DNA of 64,000 nucleotides from a virus. The DNA lies in IMG/VR virus record IMGVR_UViG_3300005563_000030, positions 61,102 through 125,101 of that record. The stretch is one strand, 5' to 3'. The translations under genes and the position numbers were made by a program. Under the pieces are notes generated by a model, which had not been told where the DNA came from, searched no databases, and was given only the letters and a program-made list of their open reading frames with translations. Below are positions 36,605-47,665 of the stretch, piece after piece (the first letter of the stretch is position 1; every line of letters starts with the position of its first letter).

Positions 36605-37299
36605 CTAATAAAAGCCTTATTTTTTGATAAGTAAGGCTTTTATTCTAAACTATTTTGTTATGGATGCTAGCGTACTTATGCAAATCCTCGATCAGTGGCA
36701 GAATCGTAAAATAGATTTTCCCACAGCTTCTTTAAAATTAATTAATGCTGGATGTAGTGCTGCGGAAGTTAAGGCTTTGATGGAGCAATACCCTCAAAAT
36801 CCAATCGAACAGCCCGCAGAACAGAAAGCCTAACCTTTTAAATTAAAATCATGGGGGAGTCAAACTTAGATCCCGAATATGTAAGATTTGTTGATGAGGG
36901 TAACAATGTTAATGACCTTGTACAAGCCGTTATAGATAGAGTACAATATTCGCAAGGTTTCTTAGCAAAATTACAAGACCTCATTGCCAAACACGAAGCA
37001 CCGTTTGACGATACGAATCATGTGCGGGAATTCAAGGGATCACCAGCAATTGAAGAAATTATAAATGAATAATTATGTTCCAGTACAAACTACGCATTGT
37101 CATAATTGCTGTACTATCCGCAAGTGGTAGTATTTTCTGCATGATTAACGAGCATTGGGGGCTTGGTATCTATTTACTAAGTTTTCTCTTGATTGCCGTA
37201 TATCATGAAGTTAGAATAATTCTTGTAAACGATATTCGTTATATCAATTACAGAATTGGAGAATAATCAGAGTTCCTATCTATAACAAAAGAGGGGTTT

Positions 37300-37374
37300 G
37301 GGCGGATAGTGTTAATTGGAAGCATACCGGCCTTTAGAGAACGGAGATATGTGGTTCGACTCCCATTCTGTCCT
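37300..37374 (+). pseudogene. Isolated tRNA-like gene with degenerate anticodon arm (nominal TTA)
   Basis: GGGCGGA/TCTGTCC acceptor, TAGTGTTAATTGGAAGCAT D-arm, GGTTCGACTCC T-arm; anticodon stem only 3 bp. Confidence 0.6.
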
Positions 37375-37602
37375 TACTTCTTTTTTTAAACAAAATTGTA
37401 TGTTGAACAGACATGGTGTAAAAGCTATCGTTGTTATAAACAATGAAGTTATTACCCGTGCTGATGTAGCTGAAGATCTTGCCGAATTAATAGGTGTCAA
37501 TAACACAGAGATTAGAATGGCTAACATCCACGAGATTAAAAGATACCTAAAAACTGAAGAAGATACATCTACTGATGCTGTCGAAGCTTAAAACCATTTT
37601 TT

Positions 37603-38376
37603 ATGCTTAATATTTTTTCTAAAAAGAAAGAAGTAGTAAAAGAGGTTGTACAGGAAGCTCCTGTAAAGCCTGCTAAACAACGTAGCTCAGTAGTCACTGC
37701 TGAGGTTATCAAAGAAATACATAACGCCTTTGATGTTGCTGGTGATGAAGCTCTAGCTACTTCTGATAAGATCCTTGATGAAAATCAGGTGTCTGCTGAA
37801 GATAGAGAAGAAGCTAAATTACTTGAAAAGCTTGGTTTTAAAAGAGTAGCCAAATTAAGCGAAGTAAATCGCGAGTTAGCTACTATTAACATTGCTACAA
37901 GGCGAGCTGAAATTGTAAGAAAGTTCAAAATTAAATACCCTCAATATAAGTTCATATTTGAGGATCAGGTAACAGCTATCTGCAAGAAGTATGGTCTTGT
38001 ATGTGGTGAGGTATGGCGCTACAAAGGCACGGTTCCAAGAAAGAATCTTCTGGAAATAGCTAACTTCAAAGTAAATCTTGAAGATCAGTATGTAGAAGAA
38101 CTTAACTGGCAATTCGATAGCCTACGTAGATTGAATAAATCTACCGAAAAAGTGCAAGATTATCGAATTCATCGTAAGGACGTACCATTCTACATTTGTG
38201 CTCCTACTTCTGAAATGGAAATGACCAGTAGAACAGTAAAGGATGGTGTATTCTTAAAAGAAAGAGAAGTGCCTGATCCTATTGTAATGCACTGGATGCC
38301 TGAAGGCTTTCTTATTGCTTCTAAATGGGGACTTGAAGGACAAGATCCCAAATTACTTAACGAAACAATGAACTAA
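37603..38376 (+). CDS. Hypothetical protein
   Basis: 257 aa; ICKKYGL, FYICAP, DPIV...GFLIASKWG motifs. Confidence 0.7.
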   Translation: MLNIFSKKKEVVKEVVQEAPVKPAKQRSSVVTAEVIKEIHNAFDVAGDEALATSDKILDENQVSAEDREEAKLLEKLGFKRVAKLSEVNRELATINIATRRAEIVRKFKIKYPQYKFIFEDQVTAICKKYGLVCGEVWRYKGTVPRKNLLEIANFKVNLEDQYVEELNWQFDSLRRLNKSTEKVQDYRIHRKDVPFYICAPTSEMEMTSRTVKDGVFLKEREVPDPIVMHWMPEGFLIASKWGLEGQDPKLLNETMN

Positions 38377-38377
38377 T

Positions 38378-38815
38378 ATGGGTTGGGCTTTATTATTCAT
38401 AGCCACAGTTGCTATTGCTCTATTTCTTTCTCGTAAGAGAGTTAAGCATTTGTCACTTAGTGATTATTTGGTACCGCCTGATGCAGACTTTGAAATTCAA
38501 TTACGGTTTGTTAAAGTGAACGGTAGATACGATCAATACGAAGTTCAATTCTGGAATCCCTTGAAAGGTGAATGGTGGACACTCCCTGACAGAGATGCTG
38601 CTATTCATCAGCCATGGGCCCTGGAAAGAAAAGGATCGTATGGTGCATACGATCTTTACACAATGCAAGTTCCTGAAGGTAGTATTGAATTCGTTAAAAT
38701 GCGTTATAAAACGCTTGGAAATGTACAGTCATATTTTGACGAGCTCAATAGACGTTTTAGAATATATCAGGAACGTCAGAGAGCTGAAGAACAGAAGCCT
38801 CGTATTATTTACTAA
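38378..38815 (+). CDS. Membrane-anchored hypothetical protein
   Basis: N-terminal hydrophobic helix. Confidence 0.6.
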   Translation: MGWALLFIATVAIALFLSRKRVKHLSLSDYLVPPDADFEIQLRFVKVNGRYDQYEVQFWNPLKGEWWTLPDRDAAIHQPWALERKGSYGAYDLYTMQVPEGSIEFVKMRYKTLGNVQSYFDELNRRFRIYQERQRAEEQKPRIIY

Positions 38816-39216
38816 TGCCCAAAATCTGTAAACATGAAGGATGTAGAAATCCTGTGTTTTCTGGTGAGTATTGTCGTAATCATCAGTATTACCGCACTAA
38901 GAGTAGCGATAAGAAATCAGCAAATCCTAAACGAAATAAGAGACCTAATGCGGTCTCGAAAAGAAAAGCAGAGCAAAACAAAGAGTACGGACATCTCCGA
39001 GTTATCTTCTTGGAGAACCGACCAATTTGTGAAGCCCGTCTCGATTTCATCTGTACAGGACCAGCTACCGAAGTTCATCACAAGCAAGGACGAGGGAAGC
39101 ACCTATTAGATGTAGATACATGGTTAGCAGTTTGTCCTAGCTGCCATCATTGGATTACTGAGCATAGTAAAGAAGCTATTGCTCTAGGACTAAGTACATC
39201 ACGGTTAAAAGAGTAA
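38815..39216 (+). CDS. HNH endonuclease
   Basis: CEA...EVHHKQGR...LAVCPSCHHWI. Confidence 0.75.
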   Translation: MPKICKHEGCRNPVFSGEYCRNHQYYRTKSSDKKSANPKRNKRPNAVSKRKAEQNKEYGHLRVIFLENRPICEARLDFICTGPATEVHHKQGRGKHLLDVDTWLAVCPSCHHWITEHSKEAIALGLSTSRLKE

Positions 39217-39534
39217 TAATGAAGATTATCAAAGAAAAGCAATATATCTATAGTCATAATGATGTAAAACACGTACGAATAATATTCACTGATAATACAG
39301 TTCGATGGGCAACTAATGTTGGAACGCTATATGATAAGCGCACAAGTAGTAGTTTTGAGGAAGAATATCAGGGAATATTTAAGAGTCCTTCAAAAACAGA
39401 ACTAGAACAGTTTAAAGAGAAAATTAAAGATCATCTTGAAGAGTGGTATAGTTCTAAAATTACTATGGGTACTTTTATTGAAAAAATAGAAAAACTAGTA
39501 AAATAACATTTTTTAAACACAAAATTGTTTTATC

Positions 39535-40146
39535 ATGCGTGGTTATCAATGTCACTTCTATCATCTTAACGTTCAAAACAAACTGGAAAAGAATAACAAT
39601 GATGCTTGCTGGGCAGGCATTAATGGTCCTTTGGGAAAAGGCTGGGGTTTTAATATAAAGATGGACAAAGAGAACGAAAAGTTTATCTTTGTTGATCGCT
39701 TTGTTGAGAAAGAAACCCAAGCCTACATTCCTCTTCTTATCAGAATTCTTAACAAGGTAACTCCAACCGAGCTTGTTGAGATTGATGGTAAACAGTATAT
39801 CAAGACTAAGCTATTAGGTACATATGACCAAAGCTTGATTATATTGAACTTTCTGCGTAATCTATGGTCTTGTCCTACTGTTTTTAATGGTACTCAAGCA
39901 AGGTTCAAGGATTATATTCCCACCTTCTTTGAGACATTAAAAACTGCAAGGAAGTACAAAGATCCTCTGAAACGCTTGTTATGGGCTAACAAAATAGCTT
40001 GTGAAAAAGCTGGTTGTGTCAGTATGGGTCACTCCAACATCCATTCCCATGACAAACTTCAAATAAGACCTATGGAAGAGCTGATCGCCTATAATGGGCA
40101 TAGCACTATGGAGTTCTTAACCGGCGGTATGGCAAAAGCCTGGTAG
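39535..40146 (+). CDS. Hypothetical protein
   Basis: 203 aa ORF. Confidence 0.65.
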   Translation: MRGYQCHFYHLNVQNKLEKNNNDACWAGINGPLGKGWGFNIKMDKENEKFIFVDRFVEKETQAYIPLLIRILNKVTPTELVEIDGKQYIKTKLLGTYDQSLIILNFLRNLWSCPTVFNGTQARFKDYIPTFFETLKTARKYKDPLKRLLWANKIACEKAGCVSMGHSNIHSHDKLQIRPMEELIAYNGHSTMEFLTGGMAKAW

Positions 40147-40828
40147 TATTTTTTTTCAAAATCTTCACAAAAATATTTGTATGTGTTTGACTTGTGCGTT
40201 TCAAAAGCAAACTAAAGAGGAAAAAGCAAAGTTACTTGGAGATTCATACGTTGTACTAAACACACCTGATAATAAAAGAATAAACCTCTCAACTGAACAA
40301 ATAGAAGAAATAATTGAGAATGCGTTATTTGTTTTATGTACAGGAGTAGATTGTACATGTGACATCTGGGCAATTCAATGGGAGAGGGATTATAGCCCTA
40401 AAACCATAAAGTACACAATACTACCAGATCAGAAAACCATTATTAGATACGCAGAGGAAGCATTAGAAGAAGAGCTTTCTATACTAGACACTACAGGTCA
40501 AGCATATCGTAAAACATTTCGTCCTCTTTGGTTAAAATTCCTTGAAAGTATAGGAGTAGACCCTTGTAGTTAATCCTTTAACACTAATCCGTATGCTTAC
40601 GCACATTTATTTAACGGGAGTCCTGATAAGTTTCCTGATTGTAGCTATCACCTTCTTATCAAAATTACGCAAGATACATAAAACCAATAAGGTTTTTCCT
40701 GTATCGGTAGGTGATCTATTTTTTGCAGCAGTATGTATTTCTGCTTCATGGTCTACCGTAATTGTGTTTTTGTTAATGTGCTTGAAAACAGACCTTGAAC
40801 ATAAAATTATCCGCAAATTCTAATTTGT

Positions 40829-41185
40829 ATGTTAACAACTTACAGTATAATCAAAAAAGAAGCTCAAACTCATGAGCAAGCTAAACAGAAAGTGAACAAA
40901 ATGTTTGACTTTCTGAAATCTGGATCGTATCTTGTCACGATGCAACACATCGACCCCAAAGCCGATGAGAAAACATATCGTGGCCTCTATTTTACTAAGG
41001 TACAGTCCTTAGCAGAAGAAACAGGTCATGGTAAGAAAGAGATGCACGCCATTATTAAAGAGCATTGCTTACAACCTGTGCTTGGTAAAAATAGCACTAG
41101 AAACCTCTCGCCTGAAGAATGGCTTGGTTTTGTTAAAGCTCTCGAATTGTGGGCTTATCAAACCTATCAGGTATTTTTGGATTAA
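40829..41185 (+). CDS. NinB/Orf-like recombination protein
   Basis: ETGHGKKEMH...STRNLSPEEW pattern. Confidence 0.45.
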   Translation: MLTTYSIIKKEAQTHEQAKQKVNKMFDFLKSGSYLVTMQHIDPKADEKTYRGLYFTKVQSLAEETGHGKKEMHAIIKEHCLQPVLGKNSTRNLSPEEWLGFVKALELWAYQTYQVFLD

Positions 41186-41207
41186 ATTCCACTTTATTGT
41201 ATTTTTG
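41176..41207 (+). promoter_or_regulatory. Bacteroidota-type promoter for the polymerase operon
   Basis: TTTG-N20-TATTTTTG 4 nt before ATG 41212. Confidence 0.65.
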
Positions 41208-41211
41208 CTAG

Positions 41212-43296
41212 ATGATAATAGGAAATTACGTATTAGTAGACATTGAGTGCTACCCCAACTATTTTGAATTGGGTATAAAAGACTATGTTTCCAAAGAGAC
41301 ACAGCACTATGAAATTAGTAAGTTTCTCGATCACCGAAAAGAAATGTATCGTTTCTTAACGGAGTATAAAGGATATATGGTTACTTTTAATGGAGTGTTT
41401 TATGATAATGTCGTCCTAGCTTATTTCGTAAAAGAATACAAAAGATTCATTAATCTAAGTCCTCTTGAGCTCTGTGCTAAACTCAAAGAGTTTTCCAACA
41501 GTGTGATTGAGGATGACCATGAAAAAACCAAATGGTACAAATGGTATAAACATCCTTGGATAAATATTGACCTGTTCCTTTACTGGGCTAAATCTCTTCG
41601 TATATCCAAGAAGATTAGCTTAAAATCATTAGGAATACAGCTCAATCATACGAGGGTACAGGAGCTTCCCTATCCACACAACTCTCTTCTTACAAGGCAG
41701 CAAATGGAACATGTTCTTGATTATAACTTGAGCAATGACCTTGTTATCCTTGATTCGCTCACTGATCGAATGAAAGAAGAGATAAAACTTCGTAAGTATA
41801 TTTACGAGGAATATGGTATACAGTGTTGGAGCATGGATGCACCAAAGATTTGTAGCGAGTACATGTTAGAAGTATTCTGTAAGAAAACTTATAACAATCA
41901 GTACCCTACCTATGAAGAATACAAACGTGAGGTTAAGAATAGCCGATATATACCCAAACCCAATTGGAAGCTCGGTGAGTTTCTTCCTCACGTTCAATTC
42001 AAAACAAAGTTTTTTCAAAACCTTTACGAGGAGATTAAGGCGTCTGGATCAGAATTTAGTAAGGAATTCTTGTACCAAAATCGAAATACTAAGGTGCATG
42101 TTAGTATGGGAATTGGGGGAATTCACATTATTAATGACAATGAATTTTATGAGTCCACAAAGGCACATAAGATTATAGATCAGGACGTTACTTCTCTATA
42201 TCCTACCTTACTTGAAAACTATCGCTTTATTCGTAAGGAACTAGAAATAGTACTTGATGAATACTTACAACTTAAACTCGATCGTGTAGAAGCGAAGAGA
42301 CTTGGTATAAAGATTAAGGACACATTCCTTAAGCTTATGCTAAACGGATTTACTGGTATCGTAGATCAGGATGTATCATGGCTTTACAGTCCAGAACAAA
42401 TGACAGCGTTACGAGTATTCGGTCAGTTAATTCAGCTACGCATATTAGAAGAGCTATCAGAAATAGGTATTCAGGTAATATCTAACAACACAGATGGTAC
42501 TACCAGTATTGTTCCTATAGATAAGATAGACGCTTATCATAGGATTAGTCAGGAAGTATCCAATGAGTTCAAAATAGGCTGGGAATTTACTAACATTAAC
42601 AAAATTGTATATACAAATGTTAATAATTACATCGCTTTCCCTGCTAGTACTTACATGCTGGACGGTCTTTGTAATATGGTGTCTGTCAAGGAAGATACCA
42701 AACCCAAGCGTAAAGGACTTTATAAGTACGGAAAAGACATACCGCTTGGGGACTCTGTTAATGAACAAGTCATCCCCAGAGCTATCGAGTTGTTTTGGAA
42801 AGATGGAATCCCTCTCAAAGAGTCTATCAGTAACCCCGAAAAATATGGATTTCACATATATGATTACTGTAGAAGTAATCGTATCTCCAAAGACTTCGAG
42901 GTCTTCTATAACTACAAGAGAGTCCAAAATCTAAATAGGTATTATTTTCAAACTAAGGGAAATTATCTCTTAAAACGAAAACGAAACCAAGTTTTGTATA
43001 GCGAAGCAGATAGATTACAACTAGAACAAGAACTTCAGTCTAAAAAGGGTGACCATGGTATGGGCTATGCTCCTGATTTTAAACCATATACTCAAGAAGA
43101 GCTTGATAAACTAGTTGATGATATTATCTTCAAAGGCGGTAAATTCCAACATATAAATGTTGGAGAAGGTGTATGCTTATTTAATGACTATGTAGAGAAA
43201 ACTTTTGAAGAGTACGATGTAAATTATACTCACTACATTGAGAAAGCGTATACTATTGTAACAGAAATTCTTAACAGACAATTAACTCTTTTCTAA
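41212..43296 (+). CDS. DNA polymerase, family B-like (crAss type)
   Basis: Exonuclease DIE, FNGxxYD, YNxxD; polymerase DVTSLYP, KLMLNGFTG, NTDG, NVNNY. Confidence 0.88.
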   Translation: MIIGNYVLVDIECYPNYFELGIKDYVSKETQHYEISKFLDHRKEMYRFLTEYKGYMVTFNGVFYDNVVLAYFVKEYKRFINLSPLELCAKLKEFSNSVIEDDHEKTKWYKWYKHPWINIDLFLYWAKSLRISKKISLKSLGIQLNHTRVQELPYPHNSLLTRQQMEHVLDYNLSNDLVILDSLTDRMKEEIKLRKYIYEEYGIQCWSMDAPKICSEYMLEVFCKKTYNNQYPTYEEYKREVKNSRYIPKPNWKLGEFLPHVQFKTKFFQNLYEEIKASGSEFSKEFLYQNRNTKVHVSMGIGGIHIINDNEFYESTKAHKIIDQDVTSLYPTLLENYRFIRKELEIVLDEYLQLKLDRVEAKRLGIKIKDTFLKLMLNGFTGIVDQDVSWLYSPEQMTALRVFGQLIQLRILEELSEIGIQVISNNTDGTTSIVPIDKIDAYHRISQEVSNEFKIGWEFTNINKIVYTNVNNYIAFPASTYMLDGLCNMVSVKEDTKPKRKGLYKYGKDIPLGDSVNEQVIPRAIELFWKDGIPLKESISNPEKYGFHIYDYCRSNRISKDFEVFYNYKRVQNLNRYYFQTKGNYLLKRKRNQVLYSEADRLQLEQELQSKKGDHGMGYAPDFKPYTQEELDKLVDDIIFKGGKFQHINVGEGVCLFNDYVEKTFEEYDVNYTHYIEKAYTIVTEILNRQLTLF

Positions 43297-43378
43297 TGTA
43301 TTTAACGTTTAGAGAACTTGGAGAGGTTGTCATCATTGTATTCTGCGTAGGCTTTGTACTTGGTGGTGCCTTCATAAA

Positions 43379-44542
43379 GTGGATCAAAGAAGAGTGATAA
43401 ATAGAGAGAAAGAGAAAATACAGAGTGAAGCATATGAAGCCCTTGAGAAGAATAACTTCAAGGGTATTGTTATTCTTCCTACTGGTACCGGTAAAACCCT
43501 TGTTTTAATAAATTGTTTAAAGCGGCTGTACGAGCCGGGAATGCGAATTCTATACACATGCGATTCTCAGGATTTAAGAGATTCTGGTTTCGATGAAGAG
43601 CTTGTTAAATGGGATGCTAAACAGTATTGTGACATCATTGAGAAATGTTGTTATAAAACAGCTTATAAGAAGAAGGATGAAGAATATGACATTCTTCTAG
43701 CGGATGAAGGAGATTTTGCACTTACACCACAATATTCAAAATTATTTTTGAATAATAAGTTTAAGTATATTATCTTTGTAAGCGCTACTCTTGATAAGAA
43801 GAAGCAACCATTAGCTGATAAAATCTTACCTGTTGTATATCAGAAAGAGGTGAAGGAAATAGAAGATAGAAAGGTAATAAACAAAGCCAACTTCATCTTC
43901 GTTCCCTATACTCTTTCTAATAAGGAAAATGCAAGATATTTGAACTTCAGTGAGAGATTTAAGGAATTACTCAATGCTAAACCTAGTCCATTTCTTGATC
44001 TTAAACAGACCAAGGCTTGGATGGATAAACGACAAAGAGACCTTGACTTTCTTACATTTCAAAGATTACATTTTCTTGAAAGTTTGGATTCTTCTGTGTA
44101 TATTTGCAGAAAGCTGTTTGAATACATACATAAACAAGACCCGAAAGCACGGGTGGTCGCGTTCTGTGGACAAACATCTCAAGCAGATAAGATATGTAGA
44201 TATTCATATCACGAGAAGAATGCTAATGAAAATAACCTGAAAAGGTTTGATGACGGTGAGATTAATTATCTATCTGTATGTGGTAAAATAGACAGGGGTA
44301 AGAACCTAAAAGGTGTAAATAGAATAGTGTTAGAAAACTACAATAGGAGTGAAACCAAACTCGTTCAAAGAACGGGTAGAGGTCGAAGACTTAAGGTAGA
44401 TGAACTACTGGACATATACATCTTAGTTCCTCATTACAAGAGGGAGAATGGTAAAAGCTATCCTACTATTATGTACGATTGGATATTAGAAGCTGGTAAG
44501 AAGCTAGGTATAGAAGACGCAAAAACAATTTATCTAAAATAG
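43379..44542 (+). CDS. Superfamily 2 helicase
   Basis: PTGTGKT, DEGD, SAT, QRTGRGRR motifs. Confidence 0.85.
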   Translation: MDQRRVINREKEKIQSEAYEALEKNNFKGIVILPTGTGKTLVLINCLKRLYEPGMRILYTCDSQDLRDSGFDEELVKWDAKQYCDIIEKCCYKTAYKKKDEEYDILLADEGDFALTPQYSKLFLNNKFKYIIFVSATLDKKKQPLADKILPVVYQKEVKEIEDRKVINKANFIFVPYTLSNKENARYLNFSERFKELLNAKPSPFLDLKQTKAWMDKRQRDLDFLTFQRLHFLESLDSSVYICRKLFEYIHKQDPKARVVAFCGQTSQADKICRYSYHEKNANENNLKRFDDGEINYLSVCGKIDRGKNLKGVNRIVLENYNRSETKLVQRTGRGRRLKVDELLDIYILVPHYKRENGKSYPTIMYDWILEAGKKLGIEDAKTIYLK

Positions 44543-44552
44543 GAGGGTATTA

Positions 44553-45239
44553 ATGCAAAGTATCGAAATTCAGTTTAACAAGAAGATTATAGAAAAGATA
44601 AAGTCTTACAACTTCCAAGTTGACCAATTAGGCTCTATACTTTTCATATTGTTTGCACTTTATGAAAATAAGATAGAACTACTTGATGAATTTGATGATT
44701 CTAATAAGCAAAAGCGTGCATTGTTCCTCTATAAAGAGTTACAACTTCGCGAGCTTGTTAAACAATCTGATAATAAGACTTTGTTTATTCTAACACAGAA
44801 GGGAACGGAATTGATTGAATCTATTAAAAACAGTACTGGCGAAGCAACAACAGAAAAAATAGCTGTACTAGGAGTAGAACAGCTTAAAGACGAGATTCAG
44901 AAAGATGAGGTGGATGGATGGATTGATGAATGGCTCGATATATTTCCTAGAGGAATACGTACTGGTGGTAAGCTTATTAGAAGTGATAGAGAAGGATGTC
45001 TCAATAAAATGAGAAAGTTCCTTGTCGATTACAAGTATGATAAGGACACCATTATGAAAGCGACAAGAGCTTATATTGACGCCAAAGCACAGGAAGGATA
45101 TATGTACACCAGATGTGCAGTATACTTCATCTATCGTATAGAGCCATCAAAAGAAAGAATCTCCGATTTAGCTGATTGGTGCGGTCAAGTAAAAGACGAA
45201 GGAACAGCCCCAACAGCATCATTTGAAATACTAGTTTAA
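44553..45239 (+). CDS. Conserved protein preceding DnaB (possible initiator/loader)
   Basis: 228 aa, coupled to helicase gene. Confidence 0.5.
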   Translation: MQSIEIQFNKKIIEKIKSYNFQVDQLGSILFILFALYENKIELLDEFDDSNKQKRALFLYKELQLRELVKQSDNKTLFILTQKGTELIESIKNSTGEATTEKIAVLGVEQLKDEIQKDEVDGWIDEWLDIFPRGIRTGGKLIRSDREGCLNKMRKFLVDYKYDKDTIMKATRAYIDAKAQEGYMYTRCAVYFIYRIEPSKERISDLADWCGQVKDEGTAPTASFEILV

Positions 45240-46345
45240 TGAGTCTTTATCTAAGAGCGTTTAATAATATTAAACACAAAGCAGAGAATAAGAAAGCAGG
45301 AAGATTTGATGGAATACCATTTCCATATCCCAGATTTTCCCAATTCATTCCCAGCATAGATAAGGAACAAGTAATTGGTGTAACTTCTTATAGTGGTGCT
45401 GGAAAGAGTAAATTCTCTCGTCATACGTTTATAACCCATCCCTACGAATTCTCTCTACAGAATAACTATCCTGTTGAGATAGATTATTATTGTTTAGAGG
45501 ATAGTGCAGAACGTACTTTCAAGTATATTCTGTGTAACTACCTATACATGAAATGTGGTGAAAGAGTATCTGTTTATGACCTTGACTCAAAGTATAGGGA
45601 ACTCGCTCCCAATATAATGAAACACATTATAGATGGAGAAAAATATTTAGCAGATTTTTGCAATAAGGTCAGAATCAAAGACACTTTCACTAGAGCTTCG
45701 GATATAAGAAGAGATATTCTTACCAGAGCTAATAAAACAGGAACACTCTTAGTAAATGACAAAAAGGATATTGTTGGATATGAGCCTAAAGCCAATGTAC
45801 ATTGGATCGCTCTATTTGATAACCTGAATAACATTGAAAAAGAGCCAGAACATCGCGATCAGAAACAGTCAATGGACCACTTTGTCCAGAGTGATTGCAG
45901 ATTGCTTTATTCTAAAATCTTAAAGATGACTCCTGTAATAGTTCATCAGCAAGCATTAGAAGCTGAAAAACAACAGTTTACTAATACTGGTGGATTAATT
46001 CTGGATAAGAATAAGCCTTCATTAGCAAATTTAGGCGGCACCAAAGAGGTAACTAGATCTTACCATATGGTGATGTCTTTATTTGATCCAAGCAGATTTA
46101 AAGTCCTTTCTTATAAGGGCTATGATATAGGAAAGTTAAAAAACAACTTTAGAGAACTAGAAATTCTCAAATCAAACGACGGCGGTGGCGACGGAACAAT
46201 TGTAGCTCCATTATATTTTGATGGTGCTGCTGAAATATTCCGTGAGCTTCCAAACTCTGACAAACAAAAAGACGAACTAGATCGTTTTTACAAGTGGCAT
46301 GAGCAAGAAAAGCTCAAGCAACAAAACAGACATTTACTATTCTAA
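45239..46345 (+). CDS. DnaB-like replicative helicase
   Basis: SGAGKS Walker A, LE, DNL, VIVHQQ, EILKS motifs. Confidence 0.8.
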   Translation: MSLYLRAFNNIKHKAENKKAGRFDGIPFPYPRFSQFIPSIDKEQVIGVTSYSGAGKSKFSRHTFITHPYEFSLQNNYPVEIDYYCLEDSAERTFKYILCNYLYMKCGERVSVYDLDSKYRELAPNIMKHIIDGEKYLADFCNKVRIKDTFTRASDIRRDILTRANKTGTLLVNDKKDIVGYEPKANVHWIALFDNLNNIEKEPEHRDQKQSMDHFVQSDCRLLYSKILKMTPVIVHQQALEAEKQQFTNTGGLILDKNKPSLANLGGTKEVTRSYHMVMSLFDPSRFKVLSYKGYDIGKLKNNFRELEILKSNDGGGDGTIVAPLYFDGAAEIFRELPNSDKQKDELDRFYKWHEQEKLKQQNRHLLF

Positions 46346-46354
46346 AAAGAAGTC

Positions 46355-46846
46355 ATGCAAAAGAAAACGAATAAGCTATATTTTGCTTACGGTTCAAATA
46401 TGAATCAGGAACGTCTTGAAGGTCGCGTAGGTCCGGTAATAAAAATCGGAAAACACGTTCTCAGACGTTGGAAGCTCGCGTTCAATTGCGGGTATGCTAA
46501 CAATAGATTCGCTAACATTATTATGGGTGCAGAAGGCGCTGTAGAATATGTAGAGGGCGTCCTATATGAACTGACACCCAGACAAATGCGAATGTTAGAT
46601 AACTTTGAAGGCTACCCACTGTACTATCAAAAGATGGTATTCCCTCTGAATGAAAGTGCAATAGGTAATAGCAAAGAAGTTATGTACGCTTATGTTTGCT
46701 TCAACCCGAATTACGTACCCAATCCAAAAGTAAAGCCTACGGAAGAGTACATAAATCACATATTAAAAGGTGTTGCGGATAACGAATTGACAACAACCTT
46801 GTGGCAACTCAGACGTATGCGTTATAAAGGTGAAATTCAATTTTAA
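46355..46846 (+). CDS. Gamma-glutamylcyclotransferase (AIG2-like)
   Basis: YFAYGSNM...VEGVLY...LDNFEG...Y. Confidence 0.88.
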   Translation: MQKKTNKLYFAYGSNMNQERLEGRVGPVIKIGKHVLRRWKLAFNCGYANNRFANIIMGAEGAVEYVEGVLYELTPRQMRMLDNFEGYPLYYQKMVFPLNESAIGNSKEVMYAYVCFNPNYVPNPKVKPTEEYINHILKGVADNELTTTLWQLRRMRYKGEIQF

Positions 46847-46920
46847 CCGCTTTTTTTCGACAATTTTGTTGTTTGTTTGCAGAATACTTCGTATCTTTGT
46901 AGTAACAAAACAATCAAAAT

Positions 46921-47622
46921 TTGAGTAAAGTAGCAATGATTATGGGCGAGTCTGGATCTGGTAAGAGTTCCGGAGTTCGCACACTTCCCCCTAAGGAAAC
47001 ATTCGTGTTTAACACTTTAGGTAAGGATCTTCCATTTAGAGGTAGTGGTAAGTTGTATACAATTTGGAATAAGGAAACTAATCCAAATGGTAATATGCTT
47101 AAAACTAGTAACTCTCAAGTGGTTATGCAATGGCTTGATTATATTGATAAGAAAATGCCGCAGATCAAGTATGTTGTCATTGACGATAACACTCACCAAT
47201 CCTCATTGGAATATATGAGACGTTTGGGTGAGAAGACGTTTGACAAGTTCAACGATATTGCGGACAATATGATTAACATTGCGCAAAAAGCAGCATCGTT
47301 ACGTGATGATCTTACCGTATTTATTTTACATCACGTTACGGAAACAGGTGATGGCATCTTGGAAGAAAAGAAGCTGAAGGCCCAGACTGTGGGTAAACTA
47401 GTGAACAATTTGTTAGGTTCTTATGAAGCTTTCTTTACTGTAATTTTACTGGCAACTAAGGTGAAAGGAGAAAATGGCGAACCAGAGTATTATTATCTTA
47501 CTCGCGACGCTAATAGTACCATCAAAACACCAATGGGAATGTTCGATGAATCGAAAGTTCCAAACGATCTACTTCTTTTAAGCAGTACAATACGTGCTTA
47601 TTACGAAGCAGAAGTTCAGTAA
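46921..47622 (+). CDS. Sak4-like/AAA_24 ATPase
   Basis: GESGSGKS, VVIDD, ILHH, KTPMGMF. Confidence 0.8.
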   Translation: MSKVAMIMGESGSGKSSGVRTLPPKETFVFNTLGKDLPFRGSGKLYTIWNKETNPNGNMLKTSNSQVVMQWLDYIDKKMPQIKYVVIDDNTHQSSLEYMRRLGEKTFDKFNDIADNMINIAQKAASLRDDLTVFILHHVTETGDGILEEKKLKAQTVGKLVNNLLGSYEAFFTVILLATKVKGENGEPEYYYLTRDANSTIKTPMGMFDESKVPNDLLLLSSTIRAYYEAEVQ

Positions 47623-47665
47623 AAATTAATAGTATAGAAACTCATAAAAACTTATAATTTACACT

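Noticed and set aside
37316-37398. N-terminal part of ORF 37316-37591
   Set aside because: Overlaps the tRNA-like element; likely start is the downstream ATG (MLNRH).
41212-43296. Intein or intron in the polymerase (also checked terminase and MCP)
   Set aside because: Frames are continuous with normal lengths and no intein motifs; only a short insertion near the PolB C-terminus.
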